Assembly: GCA_051294905.1 (NCBI GenBank)
Contig: CM119372.1
Span: forward strand, 35,156,001-35,220,000
Source: Botryllus schlosseri
Lineage: Eukaryota
DNA: 64,000 bases
Reading direction: 5' to 3'
Below are positions 1-12,585 of the stretch, piece after piece; position 1 is the stretch's first letter; each line of letters opens with the position of its first letter. The notes beneath the pieces were generated by a model. It ran no database searches and was not told the DNA's origin. It saw only the letters and a program-made list of their open reading frames with translations. Both the position numbers and the translations under genes were made by a program.

Positions 1-2204
1 TCATAAATTATCATTTGAATAAGTAATTGTAATCATAAAACCAAACTTGCGAAAGTCATTACCATAACAAAAGAATATTGTAGGTTGCTTGCTAAATGTA
101 TGCCGGAAATATTTGTAGAACGCTCACGACCAAAGAAATCGGAAATCTCCCTATTGTCATTCGTCAAAGTATATGTTGGCACAATACTCATCCCGTAAAA
201 GATCCTACTTGTATCTGATTGAATCGCCGGTAATTAACTCGCTAAATCAAACCATAAGGAAATTTCACTCACTCATCGGATATGAAACAGCGTCGCTTAA
301 TCGGCGTAGATCGTTTTTCTAAATGCAAATCATACCTGACCAACAGAAAACAATTTTCACTCACCTTGTAATGAAACCAAGTGGTGGACCTTCGTTCAAT
401 ATTTTGTTTGTGTCAAATACTTTGCAATAAACACACTGGAGTGGTCGAGCTTTACATCAGCAGACTGCAATCTGTAAATCAAGCTTACATCCGACTTGTA
501 ACTGTATCGTTTACCTAACCAAGTTGTATGCACAGTTTGATATTTTTTGTTATTTGGTAATTGCTGAATATACTACTTCGAAATACTCCCTTGAACGTAA
601 TTTCCATCATCGTAATAATCGAAGTACATTTGTGTCGAATTCGTAACAGCCGACTATGACATGATAAATTTTTGACAAGTTATGCTTGGAAGATTGGTTG
701 TATATCACGAAAAATAATTACCGCTCATATTGATACTGTTATCCATTGTTCGGTATTTTCAAACGAGTAAAATTTATTACTTGAGTTACTCCGCTTAATG
801 CAAATGTAAACACAACCGTCTTTCAACATCACAAAGACATCGATACAAAGTATACAATCAAACGCAGCAAGTTTTACTTTTGTAGGTTGTGTATGATTAT
901 CCTGCATAACTCATTTCTTACCAAAGCCATATGAAATATATTCATGTTACACGAAAATATTCCCATGCTACAAACCTATACAATGATTGGTGGTGCTTTC
1001 AAAATGTTTCGATACCTCAAGAACTTTATTGTCTCAATGGATGTTCATACATCTTAATAATCAAATAGTTCAACACAGAACTAATACGAACAGAAACATC
1101 AGAGTTGTTTACACAAAAGTTTGTATGTGTACAGTATGTGAATACCATGTGTAAGTCCAGCCCAATTGTGGTATCCATCCGGGTTTAGTTAACACAATTT
1201 ACAACACCGAGGTCGCGTCATCTTTCGTAAGACAACAAACCAAGGCTTCAGGATATGTCCATGTCATAGCAATAAATCAGCTACTCCAACAACAGAGTGC
1301 ATATGTTTCTAGTTACGGTGCTTACATCTTACACACAAATCGACCTACTTTGCTAACGAAAAGTGCTGAGTCATCAACCGATTGCCCTAGCAACAAAACA
1401 GCTAAACGTACTATCATACAAAATGGCCGTTATAGTCACCAACGGTACATGGTACAAGTAACAAGTCTCGAGAATTCAGTTATTCAAAAAACGCGAAAGT
1501 GTTTCTATGCCAAGTCGTTATGTTTGACGAAAGCGTATATTGTAGTATTATGATCGATTTGCATTCGTTGGTCACAAAATGTCACTACTCTAAATAATTA
1601 TTTTTCACTCAAACACAAACGCGTACTTGTCACCAATCGTTTTCATCAAGCACGAGTTCAAGAAACCTGCTACGACATGAATTCCGATTTAGTTTTACAA
1701 ATATTTTATAATTGTTTTTATTAACACTATATCAATGTCATCAAGTTGAGTGTTTACGATATTAGTGTGTAGGTGTCTGTGTCATACTTGGAGGATCCGT
1801 ATTACAATTGACTCGAATTGACTAAATGTAAGAAGGGTTGAAATGTTTCGAATCGATTCATAAGTGGTCTTCGTTGTGGTTTTCGTCGGACATACAGCAC
1901 GAACTAACTGTAGACTCCTCTCTGTTGTGCAGCTACTCGGTAATCGAAATGCATTAACATGTAAACAACGATCTTGTTTTCGTCACACCAAAAATATGTT
2001 CACTATCGCGATACTCTGCACAAGACGTGCATAGCCTTTTCACACTCGTAATAGTATACCAACGTCAAGCGATAACGTTTAACAACACCAACGACACTAA
2101 ACCCACGACGTTTACCTATGTAAAATTACCACTTTCACTTGTCAGTCCATCGTTTACCTGACTAAACATATTATTTTCCTTTGGAGATCTGACGTTTACC
2201 CAGA

Positions 2205-2520
2205 GTAAGAAACCATTTTCACTTGTAAATATTTTTTTTTCCTCGGCTAACAAACCTTTTTTCACTTGTAAATATTTTTTTTTTCCTCGGCTAACAAACC
2301 TTTTTTCACTTGGAAATATATTTTTTCTCTGGTTAACAAACCTTTTTCACTTGGAAATCTATTTTTTCTCTGGTTAACAAACCTTTTTCACTTGGAAATC
2401 TATTTTTTCTCTGGTTAACAAACCTTTTTCACTTGGAAATATATTTTTTCTCTAGGTAACAAACCTTTTTCCCCGGGTAACAAACCTTTTTCCCTGAGCA
2501 ACAAACCATTTTCACTTGGT
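2205..2520. repeat. ~41-bp minisatellite, left arm (unit ~AACAAACCTTTTTCACTTGGAAATATATTTTTTCTCTGGTT)
   Basis: Visible tandem copies; mirror of 5260-5710. Confidence 0.9.
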
Positions 2521-5259
2521 GGTCCGTCGTTTACCCGAGTAAAAATATCGTTTTCTTTTGGAGATCCGGTGTTTACCCAGTGTAACAATACATTTTCACT
2601 TGGAAAAATACTTTTACCTAGAGTAGCTAATCATTTTCTCCTGGGTAACAACCCCTTTTCGTCTGGAAACTATCATTTACCTGAGTACCAATACAGTTTT
2701 CACTTGGAAATCTACCTTCTCCCTGGGTAACAATATCATTTTCGTTTTGAAAACTGACAACCACACCGGACAATTCGATATTTTTGTATATTGTTACAAC
2801 GGACAGCGACAAAATATACACCAACAACGACCCCGATACATTTGTCTAATCAAATATTCACTTGCTCTGATGCATCCCATCAAAATCATTGGTTACTCAC
2901 ATGTAATGCACTGTACATCGATGTGAATGTTTTGGAAAATTGGACAATAGACTTCGATAGTTCTGTGATGTCCGGGTTCGTGCTTTGGATTTTCAAGAGT
3001 CAAAATGTCTGAATAAAACACCTCCTCGACGATGGTTGGTATGTGGATAACGGTGTTCGGAAAACGGTTGGATTTATGTCACCCATCGCGATAACAATTC
3101 CAGGTCGAGTTTTCCCCCTGCATGTTTACTATATTGTGTCTTTATTGGTCAATGTATGTCTCGACATTCAGTTTGAAATCGGAAACCCTGATAAAGTATG
3201 TAACCGGATCCGGATATCAACTCTGAATCGATAAACCAATGAACAATATTCAAAGTAAACATGGTACACCCTGTGTTTCCACGAAAAATACCATCCAGAC
3301 ATACGTCGCGCTTGTTTGCCCACACCAGTATACACGCAAATGGAGGTGTGTGACATTGCATGCAATGTGTTGGTATACAAACATCGATCCACAGACATTA
3401 TCATAGCCGGTAGTTTTGATGTAGATCGAATGTCATCACACCCGATAACAATGTCATACCAATAAGCCACATTGCAATGACTCTGAGTCCGCGCTATTAC
3501 ATCGATATTTCGACACCGTTCACTGATTTACTCGATGGTTTTATCGTGTTGTAACATTACAAGATAGTCATGACCCTATCTGCAGACGGACCACCCAGAC
3601 CAATTGGATACATCGGTCAATATCGATCGTGTTGTCGACACCGAAGTTTTCTGCTGTAGCGTTTGACCATGGTGAACTATCGAAGTACGGTGCTCGAAAT
3701 GATTGCGATCAGTCTTTCAGACACGATGCATGGATGTCACTACTCCCACATAACGACTCCAGATAAATATCGTGAACAGTGATTCTGCAAATCTCGGGCT
3801 GATACTGTGATCCAATAAGGTGTGTTTCTGTGGAATGAAGACTGCAATCGTACACCACAATAGAACACTACCTCGCGATTTCACACGCAATCATAAAACA
3901 CATCATCGTAAGGGTCCAGTTCGTCTGGCAACATTTCGAAACGGTCATCGCCACAAGAGATCGAGGTTGCGCTCGCCGTATCGGTAGCATTTTGACACTG
4001 TCATCACCACAAGGCTATTGACGTCGTTTCGGTCGGTCATGTCAATCCGTTTTACAATTTACCGTTTTTCAACTCCCCGCACCATAGTGTTACGACACAG
4101 ACAAGAAGCGTCGGTGGAAATAATAAAACACGGAAAGCATACTTTGGTGTTATTTGACATGGATTTTACACCCGACGAACCTTACATTCGAGCGATGCAT
4201 TGGAATGACGCTTGTATTATTGACGTAGAAGGAACTGAAATGTATCGATTTATTGGTTTCGTACATTGGATATTGACCGATGTATCCAATTGGTCTGGGT
4301 GGTCTGTCCGGAGATAGGGCTATGACTATCTTGTAATGTTACAACACGATAACACCATCGAGTAAATCAGTGAACGGTGTCGAAATATCGATGTAATAGC
4401 GCGGACTCAGAGTCATTGCAATGTGGCTTATTGTTATTGTTATCGGGTGTGATGACATTCGATCTACATCAAAACTACCGGCTATGATAATGTCTGTGGA
4501 TCGATGTTTGTATACCAACACATTGCATGCAATGTCACACACCTCCATTTACGCGTATACTGTTGTGGGCAAACAAGCGCGACGTATGTCTGGATGGTAT
4601 TTTTTCGTGGAATGTAACATGTTTACTTTGAATATTGTTCATTGGTTTATCGATTCAGAGTTGATATCCGGATCCGGTTACATACTTTATCAGGGTTTCC
4701 GATTTCAAACTGAATGTCGAGACATACATTGACCAATAAAGACACAATATAGTAAACATGCGGGGGAAAACTCGACCTGGAATTGTTATCGCGATGGGTG
4801 ACATAAATCCAACCGTCTTCCGAACCCCGTTATCCACATACCAACCATCGTCGAGGAGGTGTTTTATTCAGACATTTTGACTCTGGAAAATCCAAAGCAC
4901 GAACCCGGACATCACAGAACTATCGAAGTCTATTGTCCAATTTTCCAAAACATGCATTTCGGTGTACAAGAGGATATTGTATGTGGGTAACCGATGATAT
5001 TGATGTGATACGACTGAAGGGGGTATACTCTGAAACCGGTAGTCCGTGTATATTTCCGTCACTGTTCGTTGTAATCTATTTCAAACTATCGTCAATACAA
5101 CAAATACCAAATTGTCAGGTGTGTTTGTCAGATTTCAAAATGAAAATGGTTTTGTTACTCTAGGAAAAGCTAGATGACCAAGAGAAAATGTATTGTTACA
5201 CTGGGTAAACGCCAGATCTCCAAAGGAAAATGATATTTTTAGTCAGGTAAACGACGACC

Positions 5260-5710
5260 CGCCAAGTGAAAATGGTTTGTTGCTCAAGGAAAAAATATAT
5301 TTCCAAGCGAAAAAGGTTTGTTACCCAGGGAAAAAAATATATTTCCAAGTGAAAAAGGTTTGTTACCCAAGAAAAAATATATTTGCAAGTGAAAATGGTT
5401 TGTTGCTCAGGGAAAAAGGTTTGTTACCCGGGGAAAAAATATATTTCCAAGTGAAAAAGGTTTGTTAACCAGAGAAAAAATATATTTCCAAGTGAAAAAG
5501 GTTTGTTACCCAGAGAAAAAATATATTTCCAAGTGAAAAAGGATTGTTACCAAGAAGAAAAAAATATTTCCAAGTGAAAAAGGTTTGTTGCCCAGAGAAA
5601 AAATATATTTCCAAGTGAAAAAGGATTGTTGCTCAGGAAAAAATATATTTCCAAGTGAAAAAAGGTTTGTTAGCCGAGGAAAAAATATATTTACAAGTGA
5701 AAATGGTTTC
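5260..5710. repeat. ~41-bp minisatellite, right arm (unit ~CCAAGTGAAAAAGGTTTGTTACCCAGAGAAAAAATATATTT), more copies than left arm
   Basis: Visible tandem copies; produces the repetitive spurious ORFs 5193..5468 and 5585..5803 (KIYFQVKKVC). Confidence 0.9.
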
Positions 5711-8700
5711 TTACTCTGGGTAAACGTCAGATCTCCAAAGGAAAATAATATGTTTAGTCAGGTAAACGATGGACTGGCAAGTGAAAGTGGTAATTTTACA
5801 TAGGTAAACGTCGTGGGTTTAGTGTCGTTGGTGTTGTTAAACGTTATCGCTTGACGTTGGTATACTATTACGAGTGTGAAAAGGCTATGCACGTCTTGTG
5901 CAGAGTATCGCGATAGTGAACATATTTTTGGTGTGACGAAACAAGATCGTTGTTTACATGTTAATGCATTTCGATTACCGAGTAGCTGCACAACAGAGAG
6001 GAGTCTACAGTTAGTTCGTGCTGTATGTCCGACGAAAACCACAACGAAGACCACTTATGAATCGATTCGAAACATTTCAACCCTTCTTACATTTAGTCAA
6101 TTCGAGTCAATTGTAATACGGATCCTCCAAGTATGACACAGACACCTACACACTAATATCGTAAACACTCAACTTGATGACATTGATATAGTGTTAATAA
6201 AAACAATTATAAAATATTTGTAAAACTAAATCGGAATTCATGTCGTAGCAGGTTTCTTGAACTCGTGCTTGATGAAAACGATTGGTGACAAGTACGCGTT
6301 TGTGTTTGAGTGAAAAATAATTATTTAGAGTAGTGACATTTTGTGACCAACGAATGCAAATCGATCATAATACTACAATATACGCTTTCGTCAAACATAA
6401 CGACTTGGCATAGAAACACTTTCGCGTTTTTTGAATAACTGAATTCTCGAGACTTGTTACTTGTACCATGTACCGTTGGTGACTATAACGGCCATTTTGT
6501 ATGATAGTACGTTTAGCTGTTTTGTTGCTAGGGCAATCGGTTGATGACTCAGCACTTTTCGTTAGCAAAGTAGGTCGATTTGTGTGTAAGATGTAAGCAC
6601 CGTAACTAGAAACATATGCACTCTGTTGTTGGAGTAGCTGATTTATTGCTATGACATGGACATATCCTGAAGCCTTGGTTTGTTGTCTTACGAAAGATGA
6701 CGCGACCTCGGTGTTGTAAATTGTGTTAACTAAACCCGGATGGATACCACAATTGGGCTGGACTTACACATGGTATTCACATACTGTACACATACAAACT
6801 TTTGTGTAAACAACTCTGATGTTTCTGTTCGTATTAGTTCTGTGTTGAACTATTTGATTATTAAGATGTATGAACATCCATTGAGACAATAAAGTTCTTG
6901 AGGTATCGAAACATTTTGAAAGCACCACCAATCATTGTATAGGTTTGTAGCATGGGAATATTTTCGTGTAACATGAATATATTTCATATGGCTTTGGTAA
7001 GAAATGAGTTATGCAGGATAATCATACACAACCTACAAAAGTAAAACTTGCTGCGTTTGATTGTATACTTTGTATCGATGTCTTTGTGATGTTGAAAGAC
7101 GGTTGTGTTTACATTTGCATTAAGCGGAGTAACTCAAGTAATAAATTTTACTCGTTTGAAAATACCGAACAATGGATAACAGTATCAATATGAGCGGTAA
7201 TTATTTTTCGTGATATACAACCAATCTTCCAAGCATAACTTGTCAAAAATTTATCATGTCATAGTCGGCTGTTACGAATTCGACACAAATGTACTTCGAT
7301 TATTACGATGATGGAAATTACGTTCAAGGGAGTATTTCGAAGTAGTATATTCAGCAATTACCAAATAACAAAAAATATCAAACTGTGCATACAACTTGGT
7401 TAGGTAAACGATACAGTTACAAGTCGGATGTAAGCTTGATTTACAGATTGCAGTCTGCTGATGTAAAGCTCGACCACTCCAGTGTGTTTATTGCAAAGTA
7501 TTTGACACAAACAAAATATTGAACGAAGGTCCACCACTTGGTTTCATTACAAGGTGAGTGAAAATTGTTTTCTGTTGGTCAGGTATGATTTGCATTTAGA
7601 AAAACGATCTACGCCGATTAAGCGACGCTGTGTCATATCCGATGAGTGAGTGAAATTTCCTTATGGTTTGATTTAGCGAGTTAATTACCGGCGATTCAAT
7701 CAGATACAAGTAGGATCTTTTACGGGATGAGTATTGTGCCAACATATACTTTGACGAATGACAATAGGGAGATTTCCGATTTCTTTGGTCGTGAGCGTTC
7801 TACAAATATTTCCGGCATACATTTAGCAAGCAACCTACAATATTCTTTTGTTATGGTAATGACTTTCGCAAGTTTGGTTTTATGATTACAATTACTTATT
7901 CAAATGATAATTTATGATCACTACTTTGAGCAATACAAACACATTTTTTTAGATTTCAGTGTAGCGCCTATTGCGATTTTGTTAATGCTATGAGTTTTGT
8001 GTATCACTCAAGTCTAGTAGAATAGGATGCGTCCAGTAAAGATATTCCAAATTGCTTCTGTGTTGATCAAAGTCTTGAAGTGTAAATCTGTAGACTTCAC
8101 AACATCTTAGAGAGTGCGAACGGAATTATGTATTGATCGCGCGCTTCAAACGGTACTCGATACCCAAAGTGATATTTTCACACTCTGTAAGTTGTGTATG
8201 TTTCAATGCGCTGTCACAAATCTCGACAATAAATCGTATCAATTGTTGGATTCAATAGTAACGCCGTGTCATTGTGATATACTCTACACTTAGTCGTTTC
8301 AATTACCCGTTGTGAATTAGACCAATAAAGCATTTTGCATCGGGTGTTGAATGTAATAATACCGATATTGTTGTTTCAACTTTAGTCTTGGTTACTGGAA
8401 ATATTTTCTGATATCCGCGATACGCAGAGTGATTTTTACCAAGGTGGAGTAATTTTCCTATCGAGAACATTTCAGACACACATAGTTTTGCAGCTTAATA
8501 TGTTAATAACATTGGTACTGAAAAGTTTGTTGCTGTCATAACATTTACCACAACGCGTGGTCTAATTAACGCAAATAATTTAATAATAAAATAATGATCA
8601 ACTATTATTAGTTTGCGTTTGAAATTTTGTCTAATCAATGTGTCAATCCTTATGTTTACATCATGATAATTTTCGATATAACACCTGCGTTCGATTGTAA

Positions 8701-9825
8701 GAAACTACGATGGTCATACTTTCAAATGTCGTATACTCAAATATATTATGTTAACCTCAAGTCGCCGACACCGAGAAGTAATTACTTTTGTCTTACAAAA
8801 TATACCTCATAGTAATTTCTTTGTCTTGTGGCATAGTAACGACTTTTACAGTTAAACAAAAAAGACGAGTTGGTGGTATATGCCTAAAACCGAACTTGAT
8901 ATGTTTGTGGGTTGTAGTGATTACTTGCGTAGTCTTGTCTACTTTTCGTATGGACACTTTTTGCTTTGGTTCGGTGAGTTACAAACGGATTGACTTGACA
9001 AGGTTTTTGTATTTTACTCTTTTGTTGATGGCAAGATGTTAAAATGTTGAGATGTCATAGTGATGATATTTCTGAAACTCTCTTTGACAAACGTAAAGAC
9101 AGGTCGCGAATAGAGTTGTAATGTTTCATTACTTGTTTCGAATCAATGTGCGTATAATCTCTAAATATGACTGGGTTGAAAGTTGTTAGTCATGTTTGTC
9201 AATCTATTTCAATTCAGACTATGTCAAAGTCCAAATATTTCATTTTGGATTATCTGGATTTACCTTTAGTACATCTCGCGAGTGGATTCCGACGTCGTAC
9301 TATAACATTCTTAAAAATAAAGACTCGAGGATTTTCAATCAACAATACTGGAATTTTTTTGATAATGTTAGAGATGGCGAATGATTAGTTGCGTGTTTTT
9401 GTTAAGAGTTTGATTTCATGTTGATAAAGACAATAACTGTATAATGCACATACTTGCGATTCTTGATTCTTGTAGAGTTATAGTTGGTATTGATTCTATA
9501 GCTATGAAAACGACGGCGCGGAGTGTGCGAATAATTCGATGTGGCTGAAAGTCGGTGTCAGTAATATTCAGGTTGCAGTCGAATCAACAGATCACGAAAA
9601 GATTTCTCAAAATAATTAGAATTGTACCGAATTAACACATTCAGATACGAATCAACTTGAACTGTGTAGTGAGTTTCATTTCGAGTTGACAAATTGACGC
9701 ATTGATTGAATATTCTCATGATTTGTATCACGCAACTAAAGTCAACCACTCTTCTGAAGTGTCAAAACATATAGCGATCGCGGGCAAGTGACAAATTGTT
9801 GGTTTTGAATCACCGTCTGCGACGG

Positions 9826-10357
9826 TTCTGTGACAAACTAATTACCGAAATATTACCTTGTGAGCGGGTATGAGAGAGTGCTATGTCTGCAGCATTATCC
9901 GGTGAGTGGTCGTTGGATTTTAAAATTATATCACAACCTTTTGAATAAGCGTTCACTTCACAAAGGATTAGGGTTAGAGCGGAAATAAGTGACAATTTGT
10001 CGCTATTCAAGTTACCGACACTGGCGGTCTGTTATTCGTTACTTATTAAATCTTACGAGTGAAATCAAGTTCTGCGACAAACTGATTACTAAAATTTCAC
10101 CGCGTGAGCGAGCATGAGAGAGTGCCATGTCTGCAGCATTATCCGGTGAGTGGTCGTTGGATTTTAAAATTATATCACAACCTTTTGAATAAGCGTTCAC
10201 TTCACAAAGGATTAGGCTTAGAGCGGAAATAAGTGACGATTTGTCGCTATTCAAGTTACCGACACTGGCGGTCTGTTATTCGTTACTTATTAAATCTTAT
10301 GAGTGAAATCAAGTTCTGCGACAAACTGATTACTAAAATTTCACCGCGTGAGCGAGC
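9826..10357. repeat. ~244-bp direct tandem duplication (~2.2 copies)
   Basis: Near-identical ORFs 9810..10010 and 10039..10254 (starts offset 244). TTCTG(T/C)GACAAACT(A/G)ATTAC recurs at ~9826, ~10070, ~10314, with a degenerate copy at ~10598. Confidence 0.9.
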
Positions 10358-10849
10358 CAACACGAGTTTCCAATACGACATGCGAGAGATACCTATACTT
10401 GAAAGTACGACGTGCGAGCGCACCCATAAGAACACATGGCGAATCACCACCTCAGCCTATACCTGTAACGTTATCATGTCACCCGAGTCATTATCTTGTC
10501 AGAGATCGCGGGGTTTTGCAAACTATTTCACACATTTTTGAAGTGTTAGTTTGTGAACGCGGTTATTGTTGATATTCGAATCGCCGACTACGCCGGCTCT
10601 GCGGTAAACTAATTACCAAAATATTACCTTGGAAGTGATTCCTAGATTTAGCAAACTATTTCGCACTGACTGGATTAGTGTAATAATCGATACGATAGTA
10701 GCACAAAACAGCTGCACGGGCAACAATTCAGCGCGCAGGTCATTCGAAATATAGGTCGCACTGCTTAATCCTCACAACAAGCCACGTTTCCGTTTGTGTG
10801 GTTATTGTTGGTGACTCGTACATATTCAACACCACGCGAGAGATGGCCG

Positions 10850-11135
10850 AAAGTGCGAATCACGACCCCGCCCATAAGAACACACGGTGAATCACCACAG
10901 AACCCGTAAGAATACATGAAATACGACTCACCGCCACCACCTATAGCAAAAAAGGCGAGTCACCACCCCGGGTTTTCTGGCGCGTCACCGCCGCAGCCTA
11001 TAGCCGAAAAGGCGAATCACGACCGCACCCATAAGAACACATGGCGCATCACCGCCGCAAGGGGGGTCTAAAAAGGCGCATCACCACCCCCGATTTTCAG
11101 GCGCGTCACCACCCCGCCCATAAGAGCCCCATTGC
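10850..11135. repeat. GC-rich subterminal short repeats (GGCG(A/C)(A/G)TCACCACCCC, CCCATAAGAACAC)
   Basis: Motifs recur several times immediately inside the ACTACT terminus; another copy at ~10420-10460. Confidence 0.75.
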
Positions 11136-11162
11136 GTCATGCGAGCGAGCGACTATACTACT

Positions 11163-11819
11163 CACGGGGCCTTTGAAGTCCATACTAATGCGTTCCCATG
11201 GGCGAGTGGCTCTGACAAGTTTATGATGCTCGGTGTTGTTGAAAAACCTAGGCTTCAATTCAGAGCATTGTCTACAGAAACCACAAACCTTTTTGACGTC
11301 TTATATTGAATATGGTAGGTTTTTGGATTTAACAAAATGACTTAACCTGCGGATGCCCGGATGTCCCAAGATGTTGTGAAGTTCGCGTAAATCAGTGGAC
11401 AAAGCCGTTAGACTGCAAATCCGAAAGATAGTGTCAGGCGCAATATTTTCTACTCCTGGCTTGTGAACAATCTCGTAGTCGAAAACATTAAGTTCCAGCT
11501 TCCACAGTGTCAATTTAGTATTTTTTATTTTACTGCGATGCTTTTTTTGAAAAATGAACGACAGGGCCTTTTGGTCAGTTATCAATCGAAATTTAGGACC
11601 ATGTAAAAGGTACCCCCACTTTCTTATAGCATGCATGATTGAGGCTGCTTCTTTTTCGACAGTAGGATAATTTAGTTCACTTTTAGCAAATGTTCGCGAT
11701 GCAAATGCCACAGGTCTACCTCGCTGACTGAGAATAGCAGCAATAGCTTTGTTGGACGCATCACATTCAATTTCAAACGGTTCAGATTCGTCAATATAAC
11801 AAAGGGATGATTTTATCAA
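11163..11819 (-). pseudogene. pol: Gypsy pol: RNase H plus integrase N-terminal HHCC zinc finger and start of core
   Basis: ORF 11301..11819 has ECDAS, EKEA, TDQK, NIAPD and HNILGHPG. Reading through the TAA at 11301-11303 gives DVKKVCGFCRQCSELKPRF...RPWERISMDFKGPV, ending at 11163. Confidence 0.93.
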
Positions 11820-12585
11820 GTCTTTCCTTCAGAACAATGAATGAGGTCAGGGCAGGCCCACTCAGTGGAAAAACTGAATTGCTAAGCATTGGTTTGATTT
11901 TATCAGAAAAGCTTGGAATCCACTTTGAATAATATGCGAACATACCCAAGATCCTTTTCATCTCTTTATCCGATTTAGGGGGTGGCAACTCAATCAACGG
12001 TTTCAGATGATCTGGGTCGGGTTTAATGGATCCGTGCGACACCAGATGGCCCAATAGACGCAGTTCACTGACGGTATAGACGGATTTGTTCTCGTTCAAC
12101 GTTAGTCGACAATCAGATGCGGCTTTGAGGAAAGCTTGAAGTCTCTCGTCGTGTTCCGCGGCATCTTTACCGAATATAGTGATGTTGTCCAAGTAAGCCA
12201 GAGTCCCCTTCAAATTGTAGTCGTCGATGAACGAATCGATAAAACGTTGGAACGCAGCCACTCCATTGGTGATACCGAAAGGCAATCTGCAAAACTGATA
12301 AAGGGAGTCGCAAGCTTCAAAGGCGGTAAACGGCTTGTCAGATGAAGACAGCGGGACTTGGTGATAAGCCGACTTCAAATCAATAGTCGAATATACTTTA
12401 CCTTTCGACACTTCATTTACGATAGTTTCAATTTTTGGCAAGGGATACGCGTCAAGCGGAGTATACCTGTTTACGGTTTGCGAATAATCAATGACAAGTC
12501 CTTTCTTGTGCCTGGAATCCTTCGTAACCAATACTTGAGCACGCCAAGGAGAACGAGAAGGCTCAATTATTCCTCCTTCGAGTAA
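11791..12585 (-). pseudogene. pol: Gypsy pol: reverse transcriptase (frameshifted to RNase H)
   Basis: IIEPSRSPW, IDY..VN, YPLP, IDLKSAYHQ, LPFG..N, YLDN, LGH motifs in ORF 11791..12612. Confidence 0.96.

Larger units (their letters stand above)
1..7917. repeat. Giant inverted repeat: arms 1-~3624 and ~4269-7917, spacer ~3625-4268; left arm truncated by the window edge
   Basis: Mirror ORF pairs with identical translations (725..907-/7011..7193+; 1350..1553+/6365..6568-; coordinate sums 7918). Base 1 TCATAAATTATC is the reverse complement of the sequence ending at 7917. In the outer ~2.2 kb I saw only three differences (286/7632, 1-bp indel ~1980/5940, 2142/5777). Inner arms 2926-3624 / 4269-4953 are similar but more diverged. 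Confidence 0.97.
1..11162. mobile_element. Putative non-autonomous Polinton/Maverick-like fold-back element (right terminus at 11162; left end outside window)
   Basis: Ends ...GCGACTATACTACT (reverse complement AGTAGTATAGTCGC; AGTAGT is a typical Polinton terminus) exactly where the Gypsy integrase frame (..MDFKGPV) stops. GC-rich subterminal repeats at 10850-11130. No pPolB, integrase, ATPase or capsid ORF recognised. Confidence 0.55.

Noticed and set aside
725..1553. Duplicated short ORFs as real genes
   Set aside because: No recognisable motifs; duplication is explained by the inverted repeat.
2205..5710. 41-bp arrays as a CRISPR array or repeat protein
   Set aside because: Units are contiguous with no unique spacers, no cas genes, eukaryotic context; the ORFs are by-products of the repeat.
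1..7917. Palindrome as a pure sequencing or assembly fold-back artefact
   Set aside because: Arms differ in repeat copy number, have diverged inner parts and a unique ~640-bp loop. Not fully excluded without reads.
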